Source: Moniliella sp. 'wahieum'
Taxonomy: Eukaryota
Assembly: GCA_003971905.1 (NCBI GenBank)
Contig: RSEE01000022.1
Coordinates: forward strand, 124,001 to 188,000
Length of the DNA: 64,000 bases
Reading direction: 5' to 3'
Shown here piece after piece: positions 1-11,804 of the stretch. Under the pieces are notes generated by a model that saw nothing but the letters and a program-made list of their open reading frames with translations, had not been told where the DNA came from and did not search any database. Position 1 is the first letter of the stretch, and each line of letters begins with the position of its first letter. The position numbers and the translations under genes were made by a program.

Positions 1-80
1 CACGCGGTTTGTATACAAGGTCGGTAAGCAGAATCGCCACCTACTCGGCCCAGCGACAGTGCTATCAGAAGTGTCAGCCG

Positions 81-560
81 CTAGCACTCCTTAGTGAGCA
101 CAGGTGCGCACTCGACTGCCTCCTGCCCCGGGAGAGGCCAAGTAGTCACAACGCTCACGCTGTTGAACGTGCCGCCGAACAGCACAAGATCGCGGTTGCA
201 AAAAACAGAATCCCACAGTGTAGAACGAGCATGTAGAGCTGAAGCAATTATACCACAAATTCCACAAATCTTCAACGCTACTTCCCTGTGCATGGCATTC
301 CCCAGCCACCTGCTAACAGCGGCGGAAAGGTCTATGATCCGGCCAGGAGGCGGTGTGGTTCGCAAGTGCATGCACTGGACCAAAGCAGGCAATTGATAGC
401 TTGCCCTGTCCTCTTTCATAGCGAGCATAAGAGGCATCCGACCGAGCAGGACTGAGTCCGGCTCGTGGAAGAGCATCATGTCCCGTGTTAGCGGGGCAAG
501 ATGGAGAGTTTTGGGGAGGGGGGTGGACGCTGCCACTCGCAGCACATCCAAAAGGTTCAA
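81..560 (-). CDS. Hypothetical protein (159-codon ORF just downstream of RPL18, same strand)
   Basis: Stop-free 159 aa ORF with ordinary globular composition; no motif recognised. Confidence 0.25.
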   Translation of the reverse strand: MNLLDVLRVAASTPLPKTLHLAPLTRDMMLFHEPDSVLLGRMPLMLAMKEDRASYQLPALVQCMHLRTTPPPGRIIDLSAAVSRWLGNAMHREVALKICGICGIIASALHARSTLWDSVFCNRDLVLFGGTFNSVSVVTTWPLPGQEAVECAPVLTKEC

Positions 561-619
561 GACAAAATCAACACTAGTTTGCTCACACAGCCATCAACGA
601 AAACTGATCCCTCGGCAGT

Positions 620-1265
620 TTACACCTTGAAGCCACGCGACTTGCGGCGGCCACGGGCCATCTCACGCTTGCGAGACTTGCCGTTACCACGAACATAGGG
701 CTTCGCGTTCGAGTGAGGGCCCATGCCAAAGTGCTTCACAGCCTCGCGGGCGTTCTTAGGGCCGCGGATGAGCACCACGTTCTTGCCCGTGGGGGCACGG
801 AGAGCGAGCTGGTCGAAAGTCAGGGCTCACCGCCAGCAGCCAAGATACGGGCGCGGGCAGTCTTCGTGAAGCGCAGGGCGCAACCGAGACGGGGAACCTC
901 GAGAAGGCGGTTGTCATCGGTAATGGTGCCCACCACAGCGACAGTCTTGGCATCAGCGCCAGTCGTGCCGCGTTGCGCGTCAGGTAAATCAGACGCGAGA
1001 GCGAGACGGGAGGGCGGTTGACTTGCTCATATACAGGCGCTTGAGGATGGCCTTGTTGAACTTGCTGCCAGCGGCGGGCAAGATAGCGGTAGAGCTTGAC
1101 CAAGAGGAGGAGGTAAGGGTCCTCCGACTTGGGGGCAGTGCGGTTGCCCTTCTTGACGTGCTTCTTGGCGATGTCCACACCCTAGTAGGAAACCATGTCA
1201 GTCCAAATCTTTCCTGTCTGCGGGGATGCGATGCCTGGTGCTGACGCTGCAGCACGACTTACCAT
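620..1265 (-). CDS. RPL18: 60S ribosomal protein L18 (eL18)
   Basis: ATG (1265-1263) then intron GTAAGT..GACTGAC..TAG (1262-1182), giving [54 protein letters not shown]-terminus [15 protein letters not shown] with TAA at 622-620. Several indel frameshifts. Confidence 0.97.
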
Positions 1266-1554
1266 CTTGACGGCTTGGTGGTGCTGCAATGGTAACCGCT
1301 GGTTCCCTCACGGACTGATCGGGCGAGGACGGAAATGAATAGGGTTACGGTAGCGCTGCGGCATGCAGTGCCGCCATGCCTACTTTATGAAGAGTTTAAT
1401 GTGAACTAGCGGTGAAATGACGGTTAGGGTTTGGTTATGTCACAATTGCACCGGGCTGAGGAGCAGGTGTGATGTCACAGTGACATGTGAGCGCGTGAGG
1501 CTGAGGCCTGAGCCTGAGGGTCGCAGCACTCATCATGTCACAAGGAATCATATA

Positions 1555-2647
1555 CCTGCCTCTCCGGATGGGAGGATGTGGCAGCCCGCTTTACTCGTAT
1601 ATTGCGCCCCACGCCCGTGCCGCGGCCAACGAGGTCAACGACTTCCTTATTCCCACCTATGTTGACCGGTCGGGACCGCAAACGACTACGGCCAACGCAT
1701 TTACGAAACAACGCCAGCGTTGCCGGGCGATGTGGGAGCAGAGTCGACAGGAGCTGCTCCAGAAGCTCGACGCTGCCGATGGACGCCATGTGGTTGAGAG
1801 CGCAGCAACCCGCTGAGCCACAATTGGCTCTCCGTCATTCCGTCCACCCCGTGCCTCAAGCTCTCTGACCAGCAGGTTCAGGTTGGTCTCCAGCTCCGCA
1901 CACTGTGCCGCTCCACGCGCAGCACGTGCAAGTGCGGCGTTATGCCTCGCTGGAGCACATCATGGCTTGCACCAGCTCCCAGGCCAAGTTTAGTGCGTTG
2001 CATGAGGCAGTCGGGAGCCCACTCCAGCTCGTGCGCTCCATCTCCGACACCCACGTCCGCAACAACCTACTGTGGAAGAAGGGGATGGACGAAGCGCGGA
2101 CGGAGGGCACAGCGCACTGACTGCCGCGTGATGGGCCCGGAGCACTCGGAGGATCTGGAATGGAGTAGACCACATGCTGCGCGACACGGGAACGCTGGAG
2201 GCGCAGAGCGTGTACCGGAGAGTGGTACATAAGCACTGCGACGCCTTTGGAACGCCGGGAGAAGGAGCTGCTTCGGCTGCTGGAACAAGCAGAATGCGAC
2301 AAGGACGCCAAGTGCCAGGGACGCACTCTCAAGATCCGCTTTTCCCCCTAGTTTTGGACGCGAGGATACTACGGCATCAAGACAGCGGGCAATATGTTTG
2401 CGCATGGAAGGATTTGGCTACTCAGCCTCAATGGAATGGTTCCTCGCTAAACCACCTTCATCCGTGTCCACACGCGCTACCTAGGTACGGGACCGGATAG
2501 CGAGAACCAGAGGGTTCTGATATCTGGCGATCCCCCTGGTTCCTTAACCTTGGTGGCGCTTCCAAGTAACCTCCTCAAGATGAACGGTTCGGTTTACACG
2601 TAGCGTTCCCCCTGTCCCAGCTTTAAGCTCTGTCAATGATATGGACG
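1555..2647 (+). mobile_element. 5'-truncated non-LTR retrotransposon, CRE/R2-like with restriction-like endonuclease (copy 1)
   Basis: LPLRMGGCG (post-RT motif), CKCG..LEHIMAC zinc knuckle, LHEAV, RTD..., 3' UTR; collinear with 23629-24830 and 53834-54561. Confidence 0.8.
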
Positions 2648-3651
2648 CAGAGTAGAGATTAGAGGCTGGGCCTTTTAGAGCCACGAGGTGACTGGTACGT
2701 TTGGCCAAAAATGCCTTCGGTCACTATCATACGGTCCCAGATCTCACAGCAAAGCGTTCATTGCGGCAGAGGATGTATGTTGGAGGCATATGAGTGGGAG
2801 GATGTGTCTCAAAAATGGGACTGGCTGTCCCAACAGGTCAACTGGTACAAAAATGAGAGACAAATCGCATGCATCACACCTACTGATATTTCAATGGGGC
2901 CCCGCCTATCGATCGCCTATCATCCATACATCATGCATCATCATCAACAATCCGCGCACGCACTGCCCCCCTGCCGCCACCCCACCAGCCCAACTGGCCG
3001 CACAGCGTCACTGTGTGCGCCTAAAGTACGCCTCGCATGCCAGGCACTGGCGCTGTGCCCGGCGGGCCCAGCAGTACTCCGAGGACCTGAGCGCCTGAGC
3101 CTCGACCACGCCCGCTCCCTGCCACATAAAAGGCCTGCACGCCGCCATCTGGCCATCTTCTTTCCCCACCACCGCCTGCCTTCATCCTGCGACGCCGGCA
3201 AACGACACAGCATCTGCAATGACCCCGCTCAAGTCGTCTGCCTTCTCCCGCCGCCCGCGCGTCGGCCAGCTTGGCCCGCGCCTCAAGCAGGCCTCCCGCA
3301 CAAGGGGCACAAAGCCAGCACCCTCCTCCGTCCTTGCCTTATCCCTTCCCTCCCACGCCCGGCGGCCGCGACGCCGTTGCTCCCCACTCTCTCCCTGCGC
3401 CGTCCGCTTCCGATGCCCCGGCCGATTTGCAGTCTGCCACGCCGGCGCCATGCCACCGGCGCTGTTCCTCTCGGACGCCTGGTGGCGCAGCAGCACCACC
3501 TGCCGCCATTGCCACCCCTTCCAGGTTGTACCCGCCACTACGACCCCCCTCCCGTGCTGCGAAGCGCACGAATGAGAACGTCTTTGCCACTTTTGGTACA
3601 CCGCACCCAAACGGCACCAAGTGAAGCATGCTCGCATCTCTGAAAACCACA

Positions 3652-4949
3652 ATGCCACACATTATTTCTCACCCTATCCCACAGTGAAAATCTAAGCGTA
3701 CTCCTCTCTCCCCTACATGCACCCACAATTTGGAAGCTAACTCTGATATCCACGTGCAGCCTGCTGTTGCCGACCAGGTGCAAGCCGATCCAGTGGAACT
3801 GGACAATCTCGCCAGCATTGGTGGCACCCAATCATTGGCCCCGTCCTGCGTTTTTCTCGGAGCGACAGTTGCGCCTATCTTCTGGCGCAGCGATACATCA
3901 TTACCGGGGACCGTGGCAAGACCCCCCTATGGACACGCAATGCTGGCCCATGACAGGTCATCAACCAAGAGGTGGTGATCAATGTCAGCCACACCGCTAC
4001 GGACATGCGTGCCGATAGCATGCGCCAGGCACGGATCCTGCATGCAGTGGAGCCATGAAGCCGGACGTCATTGGCTGGTGCACGTGCGCGAAGTGTTTCT
4101 CTACAACAACGACCGTCTTTGCATCGTGTTTGACAGCAAGGCTTGCACGCTGGACCGCTTTATCAAGCATGACCTCCGCACGCCGTGGGCTCCCACTGGA
4201 GCACATCCAGGCCATCATGAACAACTCATCCTCTTTCTCGCCTCCCTTCATGACCAGGGCTTCGTCATGGCAATCTGACCGCAGAACGACAGCACCGCCG
4301 CTCTCATCCCCAATCCCTCCAAGAACGGCGAGGTGGTTCCGTTCCTCTCTCTCGCCAATGGTCCACATGACTGGAGCGGGTAACATCCGCATTCGTCCCA
4401 GCATCAAACCGAGTGCGCTTCCCAAGGCTACCTTCCACCCGAGGCGCTGCTTGGCACCCACGCCTGGTCGGCTCCTCTTATGTGGGCAGCTGGGTGTGTG
4501 TATGCTGAGCTGATGACGGGCAAGCTGCCATTTGGACCCCATCAGCGCGATGTCTGGCCGACAGGAGGCGTACAACCAGTACAAAGCAGATATGCACGCC
4601 TTTGAGTCCAGCGACACACCACCCCTCTTGGCGCAGATGCAGAGCGCGCTGGTGTGATGCCCAACAGCCTCTGGCCCACCTCCCGACTGACAAGCGTCAG
4701 CAGCTCTTCTTCCCCGATGGAACTGTGCGCACCACCAAGCCGATCCCATCCACCCCACTTCTCGGTACCAGTACCACCAGAACAAAAAAGCAAAGTACAT
4801 GACCTACGACTTTGCTTCCGGGATCTTGTCGGTCACTTCTCGAGCCCGACCCCAACCTGCGCATCTCGGCCCAGGAGGCTTTGAAGCACCGCTTCTTTGA
4901 CCTACAACGCGGCACGGACTACCCACGCAACATTCACCTGCCGCAGTAA
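3652..4949 (+). CDS. Divergent CMGC (CDK/CLK-like) kinase-fold protein, probable pseudokinase; 5' end uncertain (may extend into 2900-3650)
   Basis: Across frameshifts: RYIITGTVARPPYGHAMLAHD, HVREVFLYNNDRLCIVFD, LASLHDQGFVHGNL, YLPPEALLG, WAAGCVYAELMTGKLPF, EPDPNLRISAQEALKHRFF; likely intron 3698-3759 with GCTAAC branch site. Confidence 0.75.
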
Positions 4950-6251
4950 CTGCTACCTCGGCTTACTTTTTACTTGAACTTTTGTATTGGATCAGCGCCC
5001 AGGCCTGGTTCGTTCTCGGCCCAGCGCCCCAACGCCACAGATACAGCATTCATCGGGCACGTTGAGTGTATGGAAGGCAAAGATGTCCACAACACTCCTA
5101 TTGTGTATCCCCCGCCAACAAATGGGTTGGCAACATGTGGGGAGTGGGCCCCTCTCCCAGTGATGAGCCATGAGATCTGAGAAGACAGATTTAACGAGGT
5201 CGAGCACATCGCTCCCTCGGCCCTGCCTTAGGGTTTATCGACCTATACTCTCGTGCGCCATTATTGGAGCATACACCGACCAAATCATTTGGTTCATCCG
5301 GTCAAAACTGCCGGAGACGCAATTTCTCGAACCGTCGGTTCCTTTTCGTTCGGTTCTCCTCAGTTCCCCCTTTCTCCACCGTGGCGTTCTCGGATTGAAT
5401 TGAATCGTCCTCTCTCCGGATGAATTCAGCAAATCATTTCTTTTGTAGTGGCTTGATGTGTATAGTTTATTAGCAGAAAGCTACTATAATGTTGTTCTAT
5501 AATTACCGGCGGTTATACCTCTCTATCTGCTTTGGGGTAGTCACACAGTCGTCATTTTCATATCCGATCAGACCAAAACAATACACGCAGGCTACGGGGG
5601 GGGATCTTCAAGGGTGAAACCGTCTGTCGCCGTACTGCCAACAAGGGACAAACCACACCATGGAGGTGAAGAGCTCACCTCAACTCGAACGATCTGATAG
5701 TGGGCACGGTCCTGCAATATATGCCTCATCGGCATATCGAGTGATCTACGAGATCGCACGATGATATTCGCTCAATCATTCTCATCATCTCGTAACGTCC
5801 GCGCTCCCGAAAGTGATTCGGCGAATGTTGAGATGCGCAATTTGGCACGGGAGAGAATGGGCAAAATGCAAGTGAGGCACAAGCGAGATTCATCTAGCAT
5901 TTGTTTGGCATATCAGAACGTGAATGATCCACCGTCAATCACCAGTCGATGACGCAGGCACAGCTTTAGTTGAGGTGGCACTACAAACTGGCTAGCAACT
6001 ATGCACAGAAAAGATATTTAAGCAGTTTCGTGGTAACAAGTAGTACATACAGTGTAGTAAGGGGAAAGCTAGTAAAGGGACTGAAAGACATGTGTCCCGA
6101 GCCGAAAGATCGTCAGCGGGTAGGACCATCATGCGCGTCATTCCTTAACACGCCACCGCGGTGGCAACCCAAGCACGGCAAAATCGAGGCCGGCGCATAA
6201 ATGAGGGTACAAGTAGGAAGGGAGGACAAGGCGAAGGCGCAAGTGCTCCGC

Positions 6252-8327
6252 TCACTTCTCCGATACGGGCGTAGCCTCCACGGCCGGAGCATCGTGTGTG
6301 GCTCGATGTGCTCTTTGACACGCTCCGCCTCGCGGTCGAGGTTGTTGAGGTTCTCCTCTTGGCGGTCCAGCTTGTAGAATACTAAGCAAGCAAAAAGAAC
6401 AAAAGTCAGTTTTCAGTGTCAACAGACCAGGCAGATCGGAGACAGACAACGTACGCAACCAGAACACAATACCACCACCGCAGCACAAGCCACTGACAAT
6501 CGCGTAGTTCTCCACCAGCTTGGGTCTTGGCTGATGGGGTTGAAGGCCTCACCCAACGCCGAGCTGACGGCCGACATGAACAGTTGGACAGCCATGACAA
6601 ATGACTTCATGTTCTTGGGGCCTTGTTGAACGCATACTCGTACGACGGCACATTCACCAACAGCTCCGACGTAGCGATCAGAATGTAGGCGCCAGCCTGC
6701 TGCCATAATTGATCGGCGCCTTGGTGTCGCACTCGCCGGCATAGTACCCGCAAGCCGACTTCTTGTAGATAAAGTGTTGCGTCACCGCAGCGTAGACCAT
6801 GGCCAGCGAAGCGACCTGGAACCCAACGCAATGCGTTGCAGGGCCGAGATACGCAAGCCCATGCGACGGAGCATAGGGTACAGGCCGTAATCGAGGATCG
6901 GAACCAGAATCAAGATAGCGAGACTGTCCAAGTTCTGGACAATCGAGTTGGGCACACCGTGCAGCTGCATGGTGGCCGCCTGGGAGGGAGGTTGGAGGTC
7001 ATTTGGTTGTACGCAAGCTGGTAGATGGGCAAGAGACAGAACACTTGGCACGCCTTGTACGCACGCCGCACCTCCATAACCCACACGTCATCAAAGGTCA
7101 TCCAGTGAGGGCGCGTCTCAGGGGTGAAGCGGCTGGGAAGCGCATAGTCCCAGAAGTCATCTGCCTTCATGTTCTTGTAGATCCGGACCGGATTCCAAGT
7201 GAGGCACGGCTTGGTGCAGAACCAAAGGATGCGTACCGCCGAGGGCATAAGGGAGCCGGCAGGCGGGTACGCACGTACTTGTTGCGCCACAGCAACAGAA
7301 TGGGGAAGCAGGAAAGGAACACAATGGTGGGCAAGGTGTACTCGAGCCAGAAACCGACATATTTCTCCGATAGGCCATGCCAATCTGACACCAGAGCACC
7401 AATGTTGATGAACAAGTAGAAACATGAACAGGCGACCGAGTGTCAGGTTGGGGTCAATGATGACCCGCTCGCCGGTCTTGGGCAGCGTGGTGACCTGCAT
7501 CTTGGTCGCAGTAACCTGCTCGGCGATCAGAGGACTGACCGAAGATTTGAACCAACCGGTACCGACACCAAACAACAATGGCAATAATCAGGCACGCATA
7601 GGCACCGTTGGGGTTGTCCATGACGGGAGGCAAGGCACTAACTAAAAAGAGGAGGGAAGTTAGCCAACAATTCGTCGTCAAGCAGCAGAGGTAAACCGCA
7701 CGTACCAATCAGGATAATGTGGCCGACGGTGGCAATGCAAAGAGCGATGAGAATCGTGTTAAACCGACCCCAATATGAGTCGGCGAGGTAAGCACCGAGA
7801 AGAGGCATGCAGTACACCCAGAACGAGTTGAAGGTGGTGATACCAAACGCAGCTCGCTGTCCCTTGTTCAGGGCACCCGTTACACCATCCGACGTGCGGT
7901 TGGCACCGGTGCGACCACCAACGCTGAAGTCTGGCCGGCTGCTGGATAAGTTGGTGAAGGCGTTGGACACACCGTAGTACGAGAATCGCTCGGCCAACTC
8001 GCACATGGCAACACCATATGCCCGCCAAGGCACGGGGGCGGGGAGGCGACGAAGGGAATCAATCTCCTCCTGGGTGGCATGTGGGCCGCCTCGTCGTCTG
8101 AGGTGTGTATTCGATGGCAGACGCCTCTTGGTCGAGGGGAAGTCCCTTTTTCTCATCGGCAGACACATCGTCGTGGACATCAGCAGGCACGACGGAGTCG
8201 GACGCCGGAACGGTGGGCGCCACGTGGGCGTACGCCAGCTGGTCGTCGGCAGCCACTGGATGGGGGGGAGGGAGTCAGCAAAAGACGAGGGGCAAGGGAC
8301 CCAGCACGTACGGTCAGCGTTAGGCAT
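6252..8327 (-). CDS. PTR2: POT/PTR family di/tripeptide transporter
   Basis: ELAERFSYYG signature, LGAYLADSYWGRF, GTGWFKSSVSPLIAEQ, NIGAL, KAPKNMKSFVMA; several short introns. Confidence 0.92.
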
Positions 8328-10337
8328 GGCGATAAGAAGACAGACGTCGGCGATGCTGCTGCTGGCTTTTGTACTCGGCACAGCCAGCTGTGTGAAGAGG
8401 GTTTTGGGCTGCCTCCACCCGGGGCAGCTGGACGCAGGAGGAGGCCACATGCAGACGCAGAGCCAGGGCTTGGGCTTTGGCCAGCCCGTCTTCCCAGCGT
8501 CGGCACCTCCCGCACGGCGCCACTCTCCAGGCTGCACCTCGCCGAGCATGTGGTTTTTCCCGCGAAGAGATAGCCGCGTGTCTGGCCCGGAGCCCCGCAC
8601 GGCGCCTGTGTTGCCCGCGTCCATCCGCTGCTGCAGCTGGGTCGAGATCTCGAGAGAGCGTGCTGGTGCGGGTCACACGTGACGCACAGGGCCTGCCGGC
8701 CTGAGGGTGACATGGTGACAGTGCATGTGACGCAGGAACGAGCGATACGAACCACACTGCGCTGGTGCCCCGCGCGGGTATCAGTGCTCCCCACCACGGT
8801 TCGCTGGTGTGCATCGCCAGTTGCCCTCTGCGGGGGGACATGCAGCCGCCGCAGCAACCAGCGTGCAGCTCCACAGTGCCCTGGTTCCTGCCGTGTGGTC
8901 TTCGCATGCGATCGCGTGCCACGATGGATGATACATAGTCGACATGGTCGAATATTCCCCCTGTGCGCACGTCACGCGTCCCGCGTCACGCGTCATGCTC
9001 TTCAAGCGAAGGACAGGCAGTGCTAGTGGGATCCGCCATGTCACTGACACATGCCACGCTGACGCGTGACGCGTGACGTGTTATCTGCATCACACATCCG
9101 TGCCTTCGCGCACCTCTGCTAGGCGGGGGCAGAACTACGGGAGAGCGAAACGCAGAAGAAGTAGCTGGTGACTCCGGTGACTAGATGACTAGAAGTGTCG
9201 GAGGGGCGTCTCTGCCCTGCCCTGCACCACACGACTCTTCCAGCGGTGGTAGCAAGGCGAACGTTCGATGAACTTGTGTGCCCTGTGATGCATGTGATCG
9301 ATGATCGATGATCGATGGGCAAGCGGGGCTAGGCCAACGCCCTGCATCATGCACTAGCGCAGTGAGTGTGATGAATGACTCGGTACTGCTCCGGGGCGTT
9401 TCCTGGGTGCAACACACGACTATCCGGAGGTGGCGGCGAATCAGGCGAGCGCGGCCAAATGGTGGCCAGAATCCCCCGCTGCGACCCTGTGCTGCCAAGA
9501 CCAAGAGCCTCGGCCGCAAGAGGCTTCCTTGGTCCTGTGGCCCTGAGGCGCTGAGGTTTCCTCAGGCACTGGAGAACAGCCTATGCGTTCAGGATGCATG
9601 ATGCGCACTGTTGGAAGGGCGTGCTTTGCTGGTTAGCACTTGCGCACCTTCGGCTTTCCAGTCGGGGTTACGCCGTTTTTTCTTCCGCTGGCTGGTGTTT
9701 ACAAGTTGACGGTCGTGCCTGGAAAAGTTTCGAGCTGGTTTCGGCGCATTCAGCGAAGCCCTAACTAGTAACTAGAATTCAGGACGGCCTCAACTTGGGT
9801 TTGAACGCTGCGGACTGCAAAGCACGTCAGCGCGTCAGCCAACGCCCTGGCCCTCCCCCCGCAAAAAGATCGAAGCGTCGGGACCGCGGGATGGGTCGTC
9901 GTGACGCGTGAGCCGTGAGCTCAGCCTGAGCACTGTACACACCGCACACTACCACTACCCCAGACCTGAGCCTCAGGTCTCAGGCTCAGGCTCAGGCGCT
10001 CAGGCCCTAAAAAAGATCGGGTCGAAGGCCGTGACGCGTGACGCGTGACACATGATGCATGATGGCAAGTTGCTGGTTACCACTGACCGGTGACCTGTGG
10101 TTAGTGATGCATGATACTCTAAGCTTGCTCAATTTCAAACCTGGACCGCGGAGCTCAGGCGCTCAGATCTCAGAGGAACGGGGGCTGAGAATGATCAAAT
10201 TCCGCGCTCTTAAACCAAACCACGTGAGTATCACGCGTCACGTCCAGCTGTCCGATGCACTGTACAACACAACGGCATACCGTACAACCGATTTGTGCGG
10301 AGACGAGCACAGTCTCTTAGTTTGGCTGGTCTCGTTC

Positions 10338-10439
10338 CCATTTCCAATTTCTTCGTCCCGAGCGTCTCGCTCCTTGTCTTTCTTCGCTTCGCCCATGTCC
10401 TCTGCTCTTGCTTCTTCCCCACGACAATTGCTACATCCC
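10338..10439 (+). repeat. Dispersed non-coding repeat A (inverted copy at ~55461-55567)
   Basis: Shared core TCCCGAGCGTCTCGCTCCTT..GCTTCGC..TGTCCTCT..TCTTGCTTC.TCCCCACGA..TGCTACATCC. Confidence 0.8.
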
Positions 10440-10744
10440 TAGGCCTAATCCCGCTCTGGTCTCCTCTCATCGCTTTTTAGTCCCGGCTGTGAGACACGGG
10501 TGCTGCGCTGTGTTCCGGGTGTTGCTGGTTCGGTGTGGTTGCCTTTTTCTTCTCTTCAAGCTTCAAGAGCTTCAAGCTTGAAGCTTGATCGGTCACCGGT
10601 CACCCCATCTGTTTTCACCTTCTGTCCGCGTCTGCATCCGAACACGATTACCTCGTCGTCCCCTACACTCCTCAGACTGCTGGGGCAAACGGCTGCTGAG
10701 AGCTCGCTCACTTCCCACTCTGTTGAACGTTTGAGACCCGGAAT

Positions 10745-10990
10745 CCTGTGACATGTGATGGCCCTCGACGGTGATGCAATCGCATTCGTGTGGTGGCCAA
10801 CAAAGCCAAGCAACAAAACACCTACAGAGGTACAGCAAGCAGCCAGCAGTCGCTGTCCGGAAGCTATAATAGGCAATTAGCAGGCTTGGCGCTGAGCGGA
10901 ACAAGGAAGCAGAGGTGAGAAAACAACGGAATTCCTACGCCTGAGGCCTGAGAGGGAATGAAGTAACACACGACGAAAGCCACCCAGTGG
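10745..10990 (+). repeat. Dispersed non-coding repeat B (inverted copy at ~26640-26850)
   Basis: Shared blocks GCCCTCGA.GGTGATGCAATCGCA, CCTACAGAGG.ACA.CAAGCAGC, GAAAACA.CGGAA.TCCT, CCTGAGG, AGCCACCCAG. Confidence 0.8.
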
Positions 10991-11804
10991 CTCAGCACAC
11001 TCATCCAGTTCCATCACCATCCAGTAATTAGCAGCTCAGCCTGAGCGCTCATCGATCTTATCGGTCTCTTATCGCTTATCATACGTCACACGTCACATGC
11101 ATCATGCGGAGTGCACCATATGTTGCACCGGTGCTGAAATGCAAACTCCCATCATGCATTGGTAGCCTCGGCCCCTGACCCGCTCCTCTGACCGTCTGTC
11201 TGAGATCTGACCACCGCCAGTGGCGCAGTCTAACCTACTCTCTTGATAGATGAGTGTATCCTCTGGCAGAGAGGGTTACGTTTTCATATTAGCTGCGTCA
11301 ACTGCGAGAAGGGCTTCGGCCGCACGAGAAGACTTTTTGTTTGCACGTTCGGTGAGCGTATTACACCAGCTGTCCCGCGCGGCCCGATGAGAGGGGTGAC
11401 TATGAGGTCGGAGATGAGGGAAACAGAAACTCATTGGATGAGGAGTGGTGCCAGCGTGGGCACGTAAAGCAGACCACATGGCTACATGATCAGATCACGT
11501 ACCCACCCTCTTTTTCTCTCTCCGTCTTCTCTCCCCTCCTATGTCTACCAGTCTGCGTCTTCGGACTTCTCTGAATGAACACACCTCTCTCACTTCCCCT
11601 TAACAGGTTGAGCCCACAACTTCTGCTGGCAGACTTGCTCGCCACTCGCTGCCAGGCCCATGCGTACACTGTGCACACGTGAGTTGACCAAGGCTAGGGT
11701 AATACGTGATCGTAGGGGGAAACACACAGATACTGATGAGGGGACCAAATGGGGGTGGGCGAGAGCGTCAGAATTCGGAGTGAGAGTGCCCCACAGCTAC
11801 CTAG

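Larger units (their letters stand above)
8670..11210. repeat. Cluster of TNA/4-bp-palindrome heptamer arrays upstream of PTR2
   Basis: TGACGCGTGACGCGTGACG 9060-9078; TGATCGATGATCGATGATCG from 9295; TAACTAGTAACTAG 9762-9775; five in-register heptamers at 10030-10064 and at 10570-10604. Confidence 0.85.

Noticed and set aside
1338..1436. TAGGGTTA / TTAGGGTT near LINE copy 1 as a telomeric target
   Set aside because: Single units more than 100 bp from the element end, and absent at the other two copies.
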